Shown here one piece after another: positions 17,935 through 27,102 of a stretch of 64,000 nucleotides of DNA; position 1 is the stretch's first letter, and every line of letters starts with the position of its first letter. Position numbers and translations under genes: made by a program. The DNA is from Bacillota bacterium. GTDB lineage: Bacteria; Bacillota; Sulfobacillia; JAIMAT01. The stretch covers positions 6,194-70,193 of the forward strand of contig JASBVS010000003.1 of assembly GCA_029960955.1 (NCBI GenBank). The letters run 5' to 3'. The notes under the pieces are model-generated. The model ran no database searches. It worked only from the letters and a program-made list of their open reading frames with translations, and had not been told where the DNA came from.

Positions 17935-19674
17935 TTGCCGAAACAGAACCGGATCATCGTCGTCGGAGGCGGTCTGGCCGGGTTGATGACCACCATCCGC
18001 GCGGCCGAGGCGGGCTTCCAGGTCGACCTCTTCTCGCTGGTGCCGGTCAAACGCTCCCACTCGGTCTGCGCCCAGGGCGGCATCAACGGCGCCGTCAACA
18101 CCAAGGGCGAGGGCGACTCGCCCTGGCAGCACTTCGACGACACGGTCTACGGGGGCGACTTCCTGGCCAACCAGCCGCCGGTGCTGGGCATGTGCCAGGC
18201 CGCGCCCGACATCATCTACATGTTCGACCGCATGGGCGTCCCCTTCAACCGGACGCCCGAGGGGTTGATCGACTTCCGCCGCTTCGGCGGGACGCAGTTC
18301 CACCGCACCGCCTTCGCGGGGGCGACGACCGGGCAGCAGCTGATGTACGCCCTGGACGAGCAGGTCCGCCGCTGGGAGGCGGAGGGGCGGGTGAGCAAGT
18401 ACGAGATGTGGGACTTCCTGGGAGCCGTCGTCGACGACCGGGGGATCGGCCGCGGCATCATCGCCCAGGACCTGCACTCCATGGAGATCCGCGCCTTCCG
18501 CGCCAACGCGGTGGTGATCGCCACCGGCGGGCTGGGCGTCATCTTCGGCAAGAGCACCAACTCCATCATCAACGACGGGGCGCCGCTCAGCATCCTCTAT
18601 CAGCAGGGGCTGAAGTACGCCAACCCCGAGTTCATCCAGGTCCATCCCACGGCCATCCCAGGCGGGGACAAGAACCGCCTGATGTCGGAGTCGATCCGCG
18701 GCGAGGGCGGCCGGGTCTGGGTCTACAAGGACGGGAAGCCCTGGTACTTCCTGGAGGAGAAGTACCCGCACTACGGCAACCTGGTGCCGCGGGACATCGC
18801 CACGCGGGAGATCTTCGACGTCTGCGTCAACCAGCACCTGGGCATCGACGGCAAGAACATGGTCTACCTGGACGTCACCCACATCCCCGCGGACGTGCTG
18901 GAGCGGAAGCTGGGCGGCGTGCTGGAGATCTACGAGAAGTTCGTGGGCGACGACCCGCGCAAGGTGCCCATGAAGGTCTTCCCCACGGTCCATTACAACA
19001 TGGGCGGCCTCTGGGTCGACTACGGCATGCAGGCGTCGGTGCCCGGCATCTTCGGCGCCGGTGAGGCGGAGTACCAGCACCACGGCGCCAACCGGCTGGG
19101 CGCCAACTCGCTGCTCTCCTGCATCTACGACGGGATGGCGGTGGTGCCCACCATCCAGAAGCACGTCGAGGGGCTGGACCGGGACGCCTGGGACCTGCCC
19201 GAGAGCCTCTTCGAGGCGGAGAGGAAGCGCGCGGAGGAGTGGTACGAGCGGATCTACCGGATGGACGGCACGGAGAACCCGTACCGCATCCACCAGGAGC
19301 TGGGCCAGATCATGACGGACAACGTGACGGTGGTCCGCTACAACGACCGGCTCCGCGAGACCGACGCCAAGATCCAGGAGCTGCTGGAGCGCTGGCAGCG
19401 GATCGGCACCCCCGACGCCGGGCGCTGGACCAACCAGTCGGTGCAGTTCACCGCCCACCTCTACCACATGCTCCAGCTGGCGCGGGCGATCACCCTGGGC
19501 GCGCTCAACCGGAACGAGAGCCGGGGCGCCCACTACAAGCCCGAGTTCCCCGAGCGGGACGACGAGCACTGGCTGAAGACGACCATCGTCACCTTCACGC
19601 CCGACGGGCCGAAGTTCAGCTACGAGCCGGTGGACACCTCGCTCATCCCGCCGCGCCCGCGCAAGTACGACTGA
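17935..19674 (+). CDS. sdhA: Succinate dehydrogenase flavoprotein subunit.
   Basis: IIVVGGGLAGLMTTIRAAEAGF...HSVCAQGGINGA...RGEGG...HYNMGGLWVD. TTG start at 17935 (RBS GGGGGGAGAG). Confidence 0.9.
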   Translation: MPKQNRIIVVGGGLAGLMTTIRAAEAGFQVDLFSLVPVKRSHSVCAQGGINGAVNTKGEGDSPWQHFDDTVYGGDFLANQPPVLGMCQAAPDIIYMFDRMGVPFNRTPEGLIDFRRFGGTQFHRTAFAGATTGQQLMYALDEQVRRWEAEGRVSKYEMWDFLGAVVDDRGIGRGIIAQDLHSMEIRAFRANAVVIATGGLGVIFGKSTNSIINDGAPLSILYQQGLKYANPEFIQVHPTAIPGGDKNRLMSESIRGEGGRVWVYKDGKPWYFLEEKYPHYGNLVPRDIATREIFDVCVNQHLGIDGKNMVYLDVTHIPADVLERKLGGVLEIYEKFVGDDPRKVPMKVFPTVHYNMGGLWVDYGMQASVPGIFGAGEAEYQHHGANRLGANSLLSCIYDGMAVVPTIQKHVEGLDRDAWDLPESLFEAERKRAEEWYERIYRMDGTENPYRIHQELGQIMTDNVTVVRYNDRLRETDAKIQELLERWQRIGTPDAGRWTNQSVQFTAHLYHMLQLARAITLGALNRNESRGAHYKPEFPERDDEHWLKTTIVTFTPDGPKFSYEPVDTSLIPPRPRKYD

Positions 19675-19705
19675 GACCGCTCGGAATCGGAGGGGGAGAG
19701 AGCCT

Positions 19706-20470
19706 GTGGCCCGAGAGAGTGTCAAGCTGCGGATCCGGCGGCAGGAGAACCCCGAGGCGACGCCCCGCTGGGAGGACTTCGAGGTCCCCTACGAGCCGGG
19801 GATGAACGTGATCAGCGCGCTGATGGCGATCCAGCGGAACCCGGTCAACGCCGCCGGGCAGCCGACGACGCCGGTCGCCTGGGAGTCCAGCTGCCTGGAG
19901 GAGGTCTGCGGCGCCTGCAGCATGGTGATCAACGGCCGCGCCCGCCAGGCCTGCTCCACGCTGGTGGACAAGGTCGAAGAGCCCATCACCCTGGAGCCGA
20001 TGCACTCCTTCCCGGTGGTGCGCGACCTGATCGTCGACCGCTCGCGCATGTTCGAGAACCTGAAGAAGGTGAAGGCCTGGATCCCGCTCGACGGCACCTA
20101 CCCGCTGGGACCCGGACCGCGCATCTCCGACCAGGAGCAGCAGTGGCGCTACGAGCTCTCGCGCTGCATGACCTGCGGCGTCTGCCTGGAGGTCTGCCCG
20201 AACTACGGGCCGCAGTCCAGCTTCATCGGCGCCCAGCCCATCGCCCAGGTGGTCCTCTTCAACGCCCACCCGACGGGCCGCTACAACGCGGCCGAGCGGC
20301 TGGACGCGCTGATGGAGGAGGGCGGCGTGACGGGCTGCGGCAACGCCCAGAACTGCGTCCGCGCCTGCCCCAAGGGGATCCCCCTCACCACCGCCATCGC
20401 CGAGGCCAACCGCCAGACCATCGCCCGCGGCTTCTCGCGCTGGTTCGCCGGCAAGGCGAAGAGCGCCTGA
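19706..20470 (+). CDS. sdhB: Succinate dehydrogenase iron-sulfur subunit.
   Basis: CLEEVCGACSMVINGRARQAC...CMTCGVCLEVCPNY...CGNAQNCVRACPKGIP. GTG start at 19706 after GGAGGGGGAGAGAG. Confidence 0.9.
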   Translation: MARESVKLRIRRQENPEATPRWEDFEVPYEPGMNVISALMAIQRNPVNAAGQPTTPVAWESSCLEEVCGACSMVINGRARQACSTLVDKVEEPITLEPMHSFPVVRDLIVDRSRMFENLKKVKAWIPLDGTYPLGPGPRISDQEQQWRYELSRCMTCGVCLEVCPNYGPQSSFIGAQPIAQVVLFNAHPTGRYNAAERLDALMEEGGVTGCGNAQNCVRACPKGIPLTTAIAEANRQTIARGFSRWFAGKAKSA

Positions 20471-20472
20471 GC

Positions 20473-20506
20473 GGCTGCGCCGCCGTCCCGCGACGACGGC
20501 GCAGCC
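20473..20506 (+). terminator. GC-rich hairpin immediately after the sdhB stop (candidate terminator).
   Basis: ggctgcgccgccgtc...gacggcgcagcc, about a 12-bp stem with one bulge. The downstream gtctcctcgtcctcc is pyrimidine-rich rather than a clean U-tract. Confidence 0.35.
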
Positions 20507-20574
20507 GTCTCCTCGTCCTCCGCCTCTTCCCGCCCGGCCCGGAAAGGGGCCGGGCGCTCCCGGGAGGTGCTTCC

Positions 20575-21513
20575 GTGGCTTACGAAGGCTTTCGCGTCCT
20601 GGACGCCCACGTCCATTTCGTCTACGGGAAGTGGCCTCCGGCCGGCTTCGAGCACCCGGTGCTGGCGGCCTACGCGCGCGAGCGCGACCGGCGCATGCGC
20701 GAGGAGTGGCACTTCCCCGGACCACCCGAGCCGGCCGCCGCGACGCCCGAGGAAGCCGAGCGCCAGGCGGACCGCTGGGTGGAGGAGCTGGACCGCCACG
20801 GCGTCGAGCGCGTCATCTTCGTCACCGGTGGCGGGAACGAGCGCTTGGCGGCGGTGGTGCGGCGCCACCCGGACCGCTTCCTGGGGATGGTCCACCACGA
20901 TCCGACGGCGCCGGACGCCCTGGAGCAGCTCCGGCGCGGCGTCGAGGAGTACGGCTTCGTCGGCTACAAGATGTTCGGCCCGCGCATGCCGGTCCCGTTC
21001 GAGGATCCCTCGCTGCGGCCGATCTGGACCTACCTGGCCGAGCGGCGGATCCCGGTGCTCATCCACTTCGGCCTGCTGGGCCACGCGGGCGGGGTGGTCT
21101 ACGCGCCGCGCATGAGCCCGCTCACCATCTGGCCGGTGGCGCGGGAGTTCCTCGACATCCCCTTCATCATCCCGCACTTCGGGGCCGGCTACTGGCAGGA
21201 TCTGCTGCAGCTCTGCTGGAGCCTGCCCAACGTCTACATCGACACGTCGGGCTCCAACCAGTGGATGCGCTGGATGCCCTACCCGCTGACGCTGGAGTCG
21301 CTCCTGCAGAAGGCGTACGAGATGGTGGGGCCCGAGCGGATCCTCTTCGGCACCGACTCCAGCTGGTTCCCGCGCGGCTTCGTCGAACGCTACCTGGCGG
21401 ACCAGCTGCGGGCGGTCCGCTACCTGCGCTGGCCGGAGGAGGCGATCCGCCTCTTCCTCGGCGGCAACGCGGCCAGGCTCTTCGGCCTGCGGGAGTGGGG
21501 AGGCGGCGCATAG
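20575..21513 (+). CDS. Amidohydrolase-2 family metal-dependent TIM-barrel hydrolase.
   Basis: VLDAHVHF...ERVIFVTGGGNERL...VLIHFGLLGHAGG...PFIIPHFGAGYWQD...ILFGTDSSWFP. GTG start at 20575 after GGGAGG. Confidence 0.7.
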   Translation: MAYEGFRVLDAHVHFVYGKWPPAGFEHPVLAAYARERDRRMREEWHFPGPPEPAAATPEEAERQADRWVEELDRHGVERVIFVTGGGNERLAAVVRRHPDRFLGMVHHDPTAPDALEQLRRGVEEYGFVGYKMFGPRMPVPFEDPSLRPIWTYLAERRIPVLIHFGLLGHAGGVVYAPRMSPLTIWPVAREFLDIPFIIPHFGAGYWQDLLQLCWSLPNVYIDTSGSNQWMRWMPYPLTLESLLQKAYEMVGPERILFGTDSSWFPRGFVERYLADQLRAVRYLRWPEEAIRLFLGGNAARLFGLREWGGGA

Positions 21514-21531
21514 ACTGGCGCGGGGAGCGCC

Positions 21532-22560
21532 ATGGCCGTCTGGGTGACCGAGCCGGTCTCGCCGGCGTTCTGGCGGTCGTTGCGGCGTCTGGACCAGGTC
21601 GTCTACGCCAGCGCGGAGGCGCTGGCGGAGGGCCGTCTGCCGGCCGGCGAGCGCCCCTGGGCACTGGTGGTCCGCAACCGGACGCGGGTGGGGGCTCCGC
21701 TGCTCGCCCGGCTGGCGCCCCGGCTGCGGCTGGTCGCGCGGCTGGGGAGCGGCCTCGACAACGTCGACCTGGAGGCGGCGCGCCGCCTGGGCGTGGAAGT
21801 GCTGGGCGCCGCCGCCGAGAACGCCGCGGCCACCGCCGACTTCACCTGGCTGCTGGCCCTGGCCGCCTCGCGCCGGCTGCAGCGGGCGCTGGGGCGGAGC
21901 GAGGTCGCCCCGGCGGAGCGGCTGGCGCTGGCGGGGCGGGAGCTGGCCGGCGGCACCTGGGGCGTCGTCGGCTTCGGGGCGGTCGGCCGCCGGGTCGCCG
22001 CGCGGGCGCAGGCCTGGGGGATGCGGGTGCTGGCGCTGCCGCCGCGCCACCCGGCCGGTCCGCCGCCGGAAGGGGTGGCGTGGAGCGGGCTGGAGGAGCT
22101 GATCGCCCGCTCCGACGTGGTCAGTCTCCACCTTCCCCTCACGCCCGAGACCTGCCACCTGCTGGACCGGGAGCGCCTGGCCCTCTTCCGGCCCGGCTCC
22201 ATCCTGGTCAACACGGCCCGCGGGGCGCTCGTCGACGAGGAAGCGCTCCTCGCCGCCCTGCGGCGCGGCCGCCCGGCCGCGGCCGCCCTCGACGTGCGCG
22301 AGGAGCCCCTCCCCGACCCCGATCCCCTGGCCGGCCACCCGTCCGTCCTGCTGACGCCCCACGTCGCCGGCTGGAGCCGGGAGGCGCTGGCGCGCATCGA
22401 GCGGCGCGTGCTCCGCGAGCTGGCCCGGCGCCTCCCGGCCGAGCCGGCGGCCGCCGGCGGGCGCCGGCTCGCGCTCGCCCGGCGGCCGGAACTCACCCCT
22501 CCCGCTCCAGGACGTAGGGGAAGGGGAAGCGCTCGGGATGGCGGAGGAGGGCGGCTCTGA
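21532..22560 (+). CDS. D-isomer-specific 2-hydroxyacid dehydrogenase (NAD-binding).
   Basis: GTWGVVGFGAVGRRVAARAQAWGMRVLAL...LVNTARGALVDEEALLAAL...LDVREEPLP...LLTPHVAGWS. Confidence 0.75.
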   Translation: MAVWVTEPVSPAFWRSLRRLDQVVYASAEALAEGRLPAGERPWALVVRNRTRVGAPLLARLAPRLRLVARLGSGLDNVDLEAARRLGVEVLGAAAENAAATADFTWLLALAASRRLQRALGRSEVAPAERLALAGRELAGGTWGVVGFGAVGRRVAARAQAWGMRVLALPPRHPAGPPPEGVAWSGLEELIARSDVVSLHLPLTPETCHLLDRERLALFRPGSILVNTARGALVDEEALLAALRRGRPAAAALDVREEPLPDPDPLAGHPSVLLTPHVAGWSREALARIERRVLRELARRLPAEPAAAGGRRLALARRPELTPPAPGRRGRGSARDGGGGRL

Positions 22561-23362
22561 GCGTGTCGCCGCGCAGGCCGACCCGCAGCGCCTCGCAGGC
22601 CAGGACGTCCTCCGGGTGGACGTTGCCCAGGTTGACGTTGGGTCCGAAGCGGAGGATCAGGTCCTGCTGCTGCGCCTTGAGCGGCGCCTCCCAGATCAGC
22701 CGGCTCGCGTCCGGCACGTGGCGGATGATGTACTCGAGCTCGTCGTCGTCGATGGAGCCGTCCTCGTGGTAGATGACGACGCCCTTGCCCGACTCGCGCC
22801 CCTCGATGATCACGTGGCTCGCCCCCGCCTCCAGGTCGGCCGCCACCTGCTCCACCAGGTTGGTCGACGGCACCCGGTCGGCGGGATGCTTCTTGCCCAC
22901 CTCGCTGACCACCTCGAAGCCCCGCTCGCGGCAGAGCCGGATGATCTCCGCCCGCACGTCCGGCGTCATCGGGATGGTGCCGTCGGAGACCTCGATCTTG
23001 CGGAAGCCGATCCGCTCCGCCTCGTCCAGGAAGTCCTGGAAGCGGCCCTGGACCACCGCCACCTCCAGGAGCGTCCCCCCCGGATAGGCGGGAATGCCGT
23101 AGCTCTGGATCAGCCGCACCTTCTCGCGCAGCCGCTCGGCCGGGTAGAGCGCGGGGGTCCCGAAGGCCAGCTTGATGACGTCGATCTGGTCCGCCGCCAT
23201 TTCCAGGAGATCGCGGGTGGCCCGCAGACCCAGCCCCTTGTCGATGACCATGGTCAGCCCCTCGTCGCGGGGCTTGGGGCGCCGTCCCTGCACGGGGTAC
23301 GGGCAGACCTCCGACCAGCCGCGTTCGCGCACACCGTCCCCTCCTCTCGCCGGAGGCGGCAC
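22493..23362 (-). CDS. comA: (2R)-phospho-3-sulfolactate synthase (ComA/YitD family).
   Basis: PVQGRRPKPRDEGLTMVIDKGLGL...DVIKLAFGTPALYP...NLVEQVAADLEAGASHVIIEGRESGKGVV...IWEAPLKAQQQDLILRFGPNVNLGNV is collinear with B. subtilis YitD. The exact start is uncertain. Confidence 0.75.
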   Translation of the reverse strand: MPPPARGGDGVRERGWSEVCPYPVQGRRPKPRDEGLTMVIDKGLGLRATRDLLEMAADQIDVIKLAFGTPALYPAERLREKVRLIQSYGIPAYPGGTLLEVAVVQGRFQDFLDEAERIGFRKIEVSDGTIPMTPDVRAEIIRLCRERGFEVVSEVGKKHPADRVPSTNLVEQVAADLEAGASHVIIEGRESGKGVVIYHEDGSIDDDELEYIIRHVPDASRLIWEAPLKAQQQDLILRFGPNVNLGNVHPEDVLACEALRVGLRGDTLRAALLRHPERFPFPYVLEREG

Positions 23363-23538
23363 CTCGGGGCGGCTTCCTCCGCCCCCGGGAGCGCCAGCCC
23401 CTCGCGTCGCGGGAGCAGGGTATTCGCAGCCGCTTGACCGGGGTGCGGAGGGCCCGAGCCGGGCGACGCCGGCATATTTCCCGGCGCATCGAATAACACG
23501 GGGCTGGGCGGATCGCTCGCTTCCGCCGGGGAGGCGCG

Positions 23539-23994
23539 GTGGTGCTGGCGGTACCCGAGCCGATGGTGATCCTGCTCCTCCTGCTGGCGCTGGGTCTCCT
23601 CGCCCGCAACAGCCTCCTGACGGGCTCGGCGGCGGTCCTCATCCTCCTGCGGCTGGCCGGTGCCGATCCCCTGCTGCGGCTGCTGGGCCGCTACGGGATC
23701 AGCGCCGGCATCTTCCTGCTCATCCTGGCCATCCTGGTGCCCGTGGCCGACGGGCGCATCTCGCTGGGGCACTTCTTCGGCGAGCTGCTCCGCCCCGCGG
23801 GGCTCGTCGCCGTGGCGGTCAGCGCGGCGGCGGCCTACGTCGCCAGGGGCGGCGTCGAGCTCCTGGCGCGCCAGCCCTCGGTCATGGTCGGCCTGATCGT
23901 CGGCTCCATCGCCGGCGTCCTCGTCGGCGGCGTGCCGACCGGCCCGCTCATCGCCGCGGGCATCACCGCTCTCCTGGCACGCCTCCTCCGCTGA
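23539..23994 (+). CDS. DUF441/UPF0756-like small polytopic membrane protein.
   Basis: 151 aa, four TM helices, Gly/Ala/Leu-rich. GTG at 23539 after GGGGAGG. Confidence 0.55.
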   Translation: MVLAVPEPMVILLLLLALGLLARNSLLTGSAAVLILLRLAGADPLLRLLGRYGISAGIFLLILAILVPVADGRISLGHFFGELLRPAGLVAVAVSAAAAYVARGGVELLARQPSVMVGLIVGSIAGVLVGGVPTGPLIAAGITALLARLLR

Positions 23995-24086
23995 ACCCGC
24001 GCGCCCCGCTTTCGGCGGGCGGGCGGCCGGCGGACGGGGAGGGCCGGCCTTCTCCCCGCCGGTTCCCGGCTGGCGGGCGCCCCGTG

Positions 24087-24092
24087 TATACT
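24087..24092 (+). promoter_or_regulatory. -10-like TATACT (with TG immediately upstream), about 125 nt before the ECF S-component gene.
   Basis: An AT hexamer in a GC background. The downstream leader contains an imperfect GGATCGCC...GCGCGATCC helix. Confidence 0.25.
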
Positions 24093-24217
24093 GAATCGAC
24101 CCGGATCGCCGCGCGGGCGGAAGCCGCCGGCTCGCACCGCGCAGGAGCGCGATCCCGGGCGCCGAGCAGTCCGACGAACGGCATCCGCAGAGGCGGAGCC
24201 GGAACGGAGGGATCCTC

Positions 24218-25003
24218 ATGCACGTCGTCCAGGCCCGTTCCCGTACCCGCGGCATGGTGGTCACCGCCCTGATGGGCGCGCTGGTGGTCGTCCTCGGCAT
24301 GACGCCGCTGGGCTTCATCCCGGTGCCCACGCCGGCGGGCTCCGCCACCACCATCCACATCCCGGTCATCCTGGCCGCCCTCGCCGAGGGGCCGCTGGCC
24401 GGGGCGCTGACCGGCTTCCTCTTCGGGACCTTCAGCTACTGGCAGGCGCTCACCCACGCCGCCAACCCGATCGCCCGGGTGATGTTCAGCGACCCGCTCG
24501 TCGCCTTCGTGCCGCGCATCCTCATCGGGCTGGTGGCCTGGGCCGCCCTGAAGGCGGCGCAGAGCCGCGCCGGCCGCCGGCTGGTCGCGCTCCTGGTGGC
24601 CTTCGCGCTGGGGGACGCCACCTACCGGCTGACCAGCGGCATCCCGACCTCGGTCCGCTCGCCCTACCCCGGGGTGACGCCGCTGGGGCTGGCCGCCTCG
24701 CTGGCCGTGGCGGTCGCCAGCGCCTGGCTGGTCCTGCGCTGGCTGCGGCAGAAGGACGTGGGGCCCGCCCTGGCGGCGCTCCTGGGCAGCCTGACCAACA
24801 CCGTCGGCGTCCTCGGCCTCGTCACCCTGCGCGGCTATCTCCCCTGGCAGGTCTCGCTGGGCATCGGCGTGGTGCAGGGACTGCCGGAGGCGCTGGTGGC
24901 CATGGTGCTGACGGTGGCCGTCTACCGGGCGCTGCGGAGGAGCGGGCTCGTGCAGGAGACCACCTGGCCGGAGGCGAGCGCAGACCGTGCTCCTGGCACT
25001 TGA
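24218..25003 (+). CDS. ECF-transporter substrate-specific (S) component, possibly pantothenate-specific given the coaX linkage.
   Basis: Polytopic membrane protein. The RibU/ECF-S-like motif TTIHIPVILAALAEGPLAGALTG resembles DFSDVPAIIAILIYGPLAGIAV in RibU. It is translationally coupled to coaX (GTG at 24987 inside its 3' end). Confidence 0.5.
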   Translation: MHVVQARSRTRGMVVTALMGALVVVLGMTPLGFIPVPTPAGSATTIHIPVILAALAEGPLAGALTGFLFGTFSYWQALTHAANPIARVMFSDPLVAFVPRILIGLVAWAALKAAQSRAGRRLVALLVAFALGDATYRLTSGIPTSVRSPYPGVTPLGLAASLAVAVASAWLVLRWLRQKDVGPALAALLGSLTNTVGVLGLVTLRGYLPWQVSLGIGVVQGLPEALVAMVLTVAVYRALRRSGLVQETTWPEASADRAPGT

Positions 25004-25778
25004 CGTCGGCAACACCACCACCATGATCGGCCTCTACCGGGGGCGGCAGCTGGTGCGCCACTGGCGCGTCTCCAGCCGCCCCGAGCGCACCTCGGACGAG
25101 TGGGCCGTGGTGCTGAAGGTGCTCTTCGACCGGGCGGGCGAGCGGCTGGAGGAGGTGGACGGGGCGGCGGTCGCCTGCGTGGTACCGCCGGCCCTGGCCG
25201 CCATCGACCGCTTCCTCCGCCGGGAGCTGGAGGTCGAGCCGCTGGTCGTCGGCCCCGGGGTCCACACCGGCATGTCGATCCGCTACGAGAACCCGCGCGA
25301 GGTGGGAGCCGACCGGATCGTCGACGCGGTGGCCGCCCACGAGAAGTACGGCGGTCCCGTCATCGTGGTCGACTTCGGGACGGCGACCACCTTCGACGTG
25401 GTCGACGCCTCCGGCACCTACCTGGGCGGCGCCATCGCCCCGGGCATCGGCATCTCCACCGAGGCGCTCTTCGAGCACGCCTCCAAGCTGCCCCGCGTCG
25501 AGCTGGTCCGGCCGCCGCGGGTGATCGGGCGGAACACCGTCCAGTCCATGCAGTCCGGCATCCTCTTCGGCTTCGCCGGCCAGGTGGACGCGCTGGTCCG
25601 CCGCATCCAGCGGGAGCTGGGCGGACCGACGGCCGTGGTGGCCACGGGGGGGTACGCCGAGCTGGTGGCGTCGGAGAGCGAGACGATCCAGAAGGTCGAT
25701 CCCTTCCTGACGCTGACGGGGCTGGAGATCGTCTACCGGCGCAACCAGGCGCGCACCCCGGCCTTCCGCGCGGAGTAG
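24987..25778 (+). CDS. coaX: Type III pantothenate kinase.
   Basis: MLLALDVGNTTTMIGLY...IVVDFGTATTFDVV...YLGGAIAPGI...VVATGGYAEL. Confidence 0.9.
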   Translation: MLLALDVGNTTTMIGLYRGRQLVRHWRVSSRPERTSDEWAVVLKVLFDRAGERLEEVDGAAVACVVPPALAAIDRFLRRELEVEPLVVGPGVHTGMSIRYENPREVGADRIVDAVAAHEKYGGPVIVVDFGTATTFDVVDASGTYLGGAIAPGIGISTEALFEHASKLPRVELVRPPRVIGRNTVQSMQSGILFGFAGQVDALVRRIQRELGGPTAVVATGGYAELVASESETIQKVDPFLTLTGLEIVYRRNQARTPAFRAE

Positions 25779-25823
25779 GCGCGAGCCGGCGCGACGGCCG
25801 CCCCCGGTCTCGGGCTCGCCGCC

Positions 25824-26252
25824 TCAGGCCACCTGGCCGCCGCGCCGGACGCCCGGCACGACGATGGCGCCCTTGATGCAGACTTCCTCGCACTCGCCGC
25901 AGCTGACGCAGGCGTTGGGCCGCACCAGCCTGGCGATGCCGAACATGGAGCCGCCCTCGATCTCCAGGCAGTCGAAGGGGCAGATGTCGACGCAGAAGGT
26001 GCAGCCGGAGCAGAGGTCGGGGTTGACGACCGGCTTCGGCCAGTCGGCCCGCCGGGCGATGCGGGGCGGGAAGTAGCCGGTCGCGTCGTGGATCGCCTGC
26101 ACGGGGCAGACCCGGGCGCAGGCGCCGCAGTCGATGCAGAGCTCGGGATCGATGTGGAAGAGCTCCCGCTGCCTGCCCCAGATGGCGTCGGTGGGGCAGA
26201 CCTTCTCGCAGGCCGAGCAGCCGATGCAGGTCTCCACGATCGTGTAAGCCAC
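25824..26252 (-). CDS. Poly-ferredoxin (multiple 4Fe-4S CxxCxxCxxxCP motifs).
   Basis: CIGCSACEKVCP, CIDCGACARVCP, CSGCTFCVDICP and CVSCGECEEVC. Confidence 0.8.
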   Translation of the reverse strand: MAYTIVETCIGCSACEKVCPTDAIWGRQRELFHIDPELCIDCGACARVCPVQAIHDATGYFPPRIARRADWPKPVVNPDLCSGCTFCVDICPFDCLEIEGGSMFGIARLVRPNACVSCGECEEVCIKGAIVVPGVRRGGQVA

Positions 26253-26282
26253 TCCGCTCCTCCTCCTTTCGGCCCGGTCGCC

Positions 26283-27017
26283 TCAGCCCTGCGCGCCGGG
26301 AGCTCCCCACCGGCCGGCGGCCCGGGCCGTCTCCGCCGCCGGCTCCCGCGACCCCGGCTCCAGCGACGCCTCGTCGCGCCACCGTCGCGCGAAGGCCGCC
26401 CTCGCCCCGGCCTCCCACGTCCCTCCCCCGGTCAGCGGGTGGAGCCACTCCTCCAGCTCCTCGGCGTTGAGGAAGTCGACCCGGCCCGCGGCCTCCGCCA
26501 GCGTCCGGGCCTCCTCCAGCTCCGTCTCCCGCACCCGTCGCCGGAGCATGAGGACGCCGGCGCGCAGCACCAGACCGTGGGCCCCACCCTCCTCCGCCAG
26601 GAGCCGTTCGGCCCTCCGGCGGGCTTCCTCCGCCCGGCGCGCCGACTCCCCCAGCGCCCGCACCGCTCCTCGCCGCAGCCGCTGCTGCGAGGAGCGGTCG
26701 TAGAGGAGGAGACCCACCCCCGCCGGCGCGAGGATGACCAGGTCGGCCTGCCCGGGCAGCCGCCGGTCCCGCCGCAGGCGGAGGAGCCGCGAGCCGGCGG
26801 GCAGCAGCTGCCGGAGCCGCTCCAGGACGCTCTCCTCCACCCGGACCGCCTGGTTCCGCTCGACCCAGCGGCTGACCAGGAGCATCGCCCCGATCAGCGC
26901 CCAGAGGCCGAACATCTGAAAGAAGGGGAAGCCCGTCAGCTGGTTGAGCTTGAGCAGGACGCCCCCCAGGAAGGCGAGCGTCGCCAGCCACCAGAGCCAG
27001 TCCACGGCCGGCTGCAT
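26283..27017 (-). CDS. Hypothetical membrane-anchored protein, possibly NERD-like.
   Basis: N-terminal TM helices, then a charged Arg/Glu-rich domain (DLVILAPAGVGLLLYDR). Strong RBS GGAGGGAGGAG. No confident family assignment. Confidence 0.4.
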   Translation of the reverse strand: MQPAVDWLWWLATLAFLGGVLLKLNQLTGFPFFQMFGLWALIGAMLLVSRWVERNQAVRVEESVLERLRQLLPAGSRLLRLRRDRRLPGQADLVILAPAGVGLLLYDRSSQQRLRRGAVRALGESARRAEEARRRAERLLAEEGGAHGLVLRAGVLMLRRRVRETELEEARTLAEAAGRVDFLNAEELEEWLHPLTGGGTWEAGARAAFARRWRDEASLEPGSREPAAETARAAGRWGAPGAQG

Positions 27018-27102
27018 CGGCTGCCTCCTCCCTCCGCGCCGCCCCCGGAGCGGAGCCCGGCGGGGGCGGCGCCCGTCCTCCGGGCGCGCCGGAGCGCGCG
27101 GC

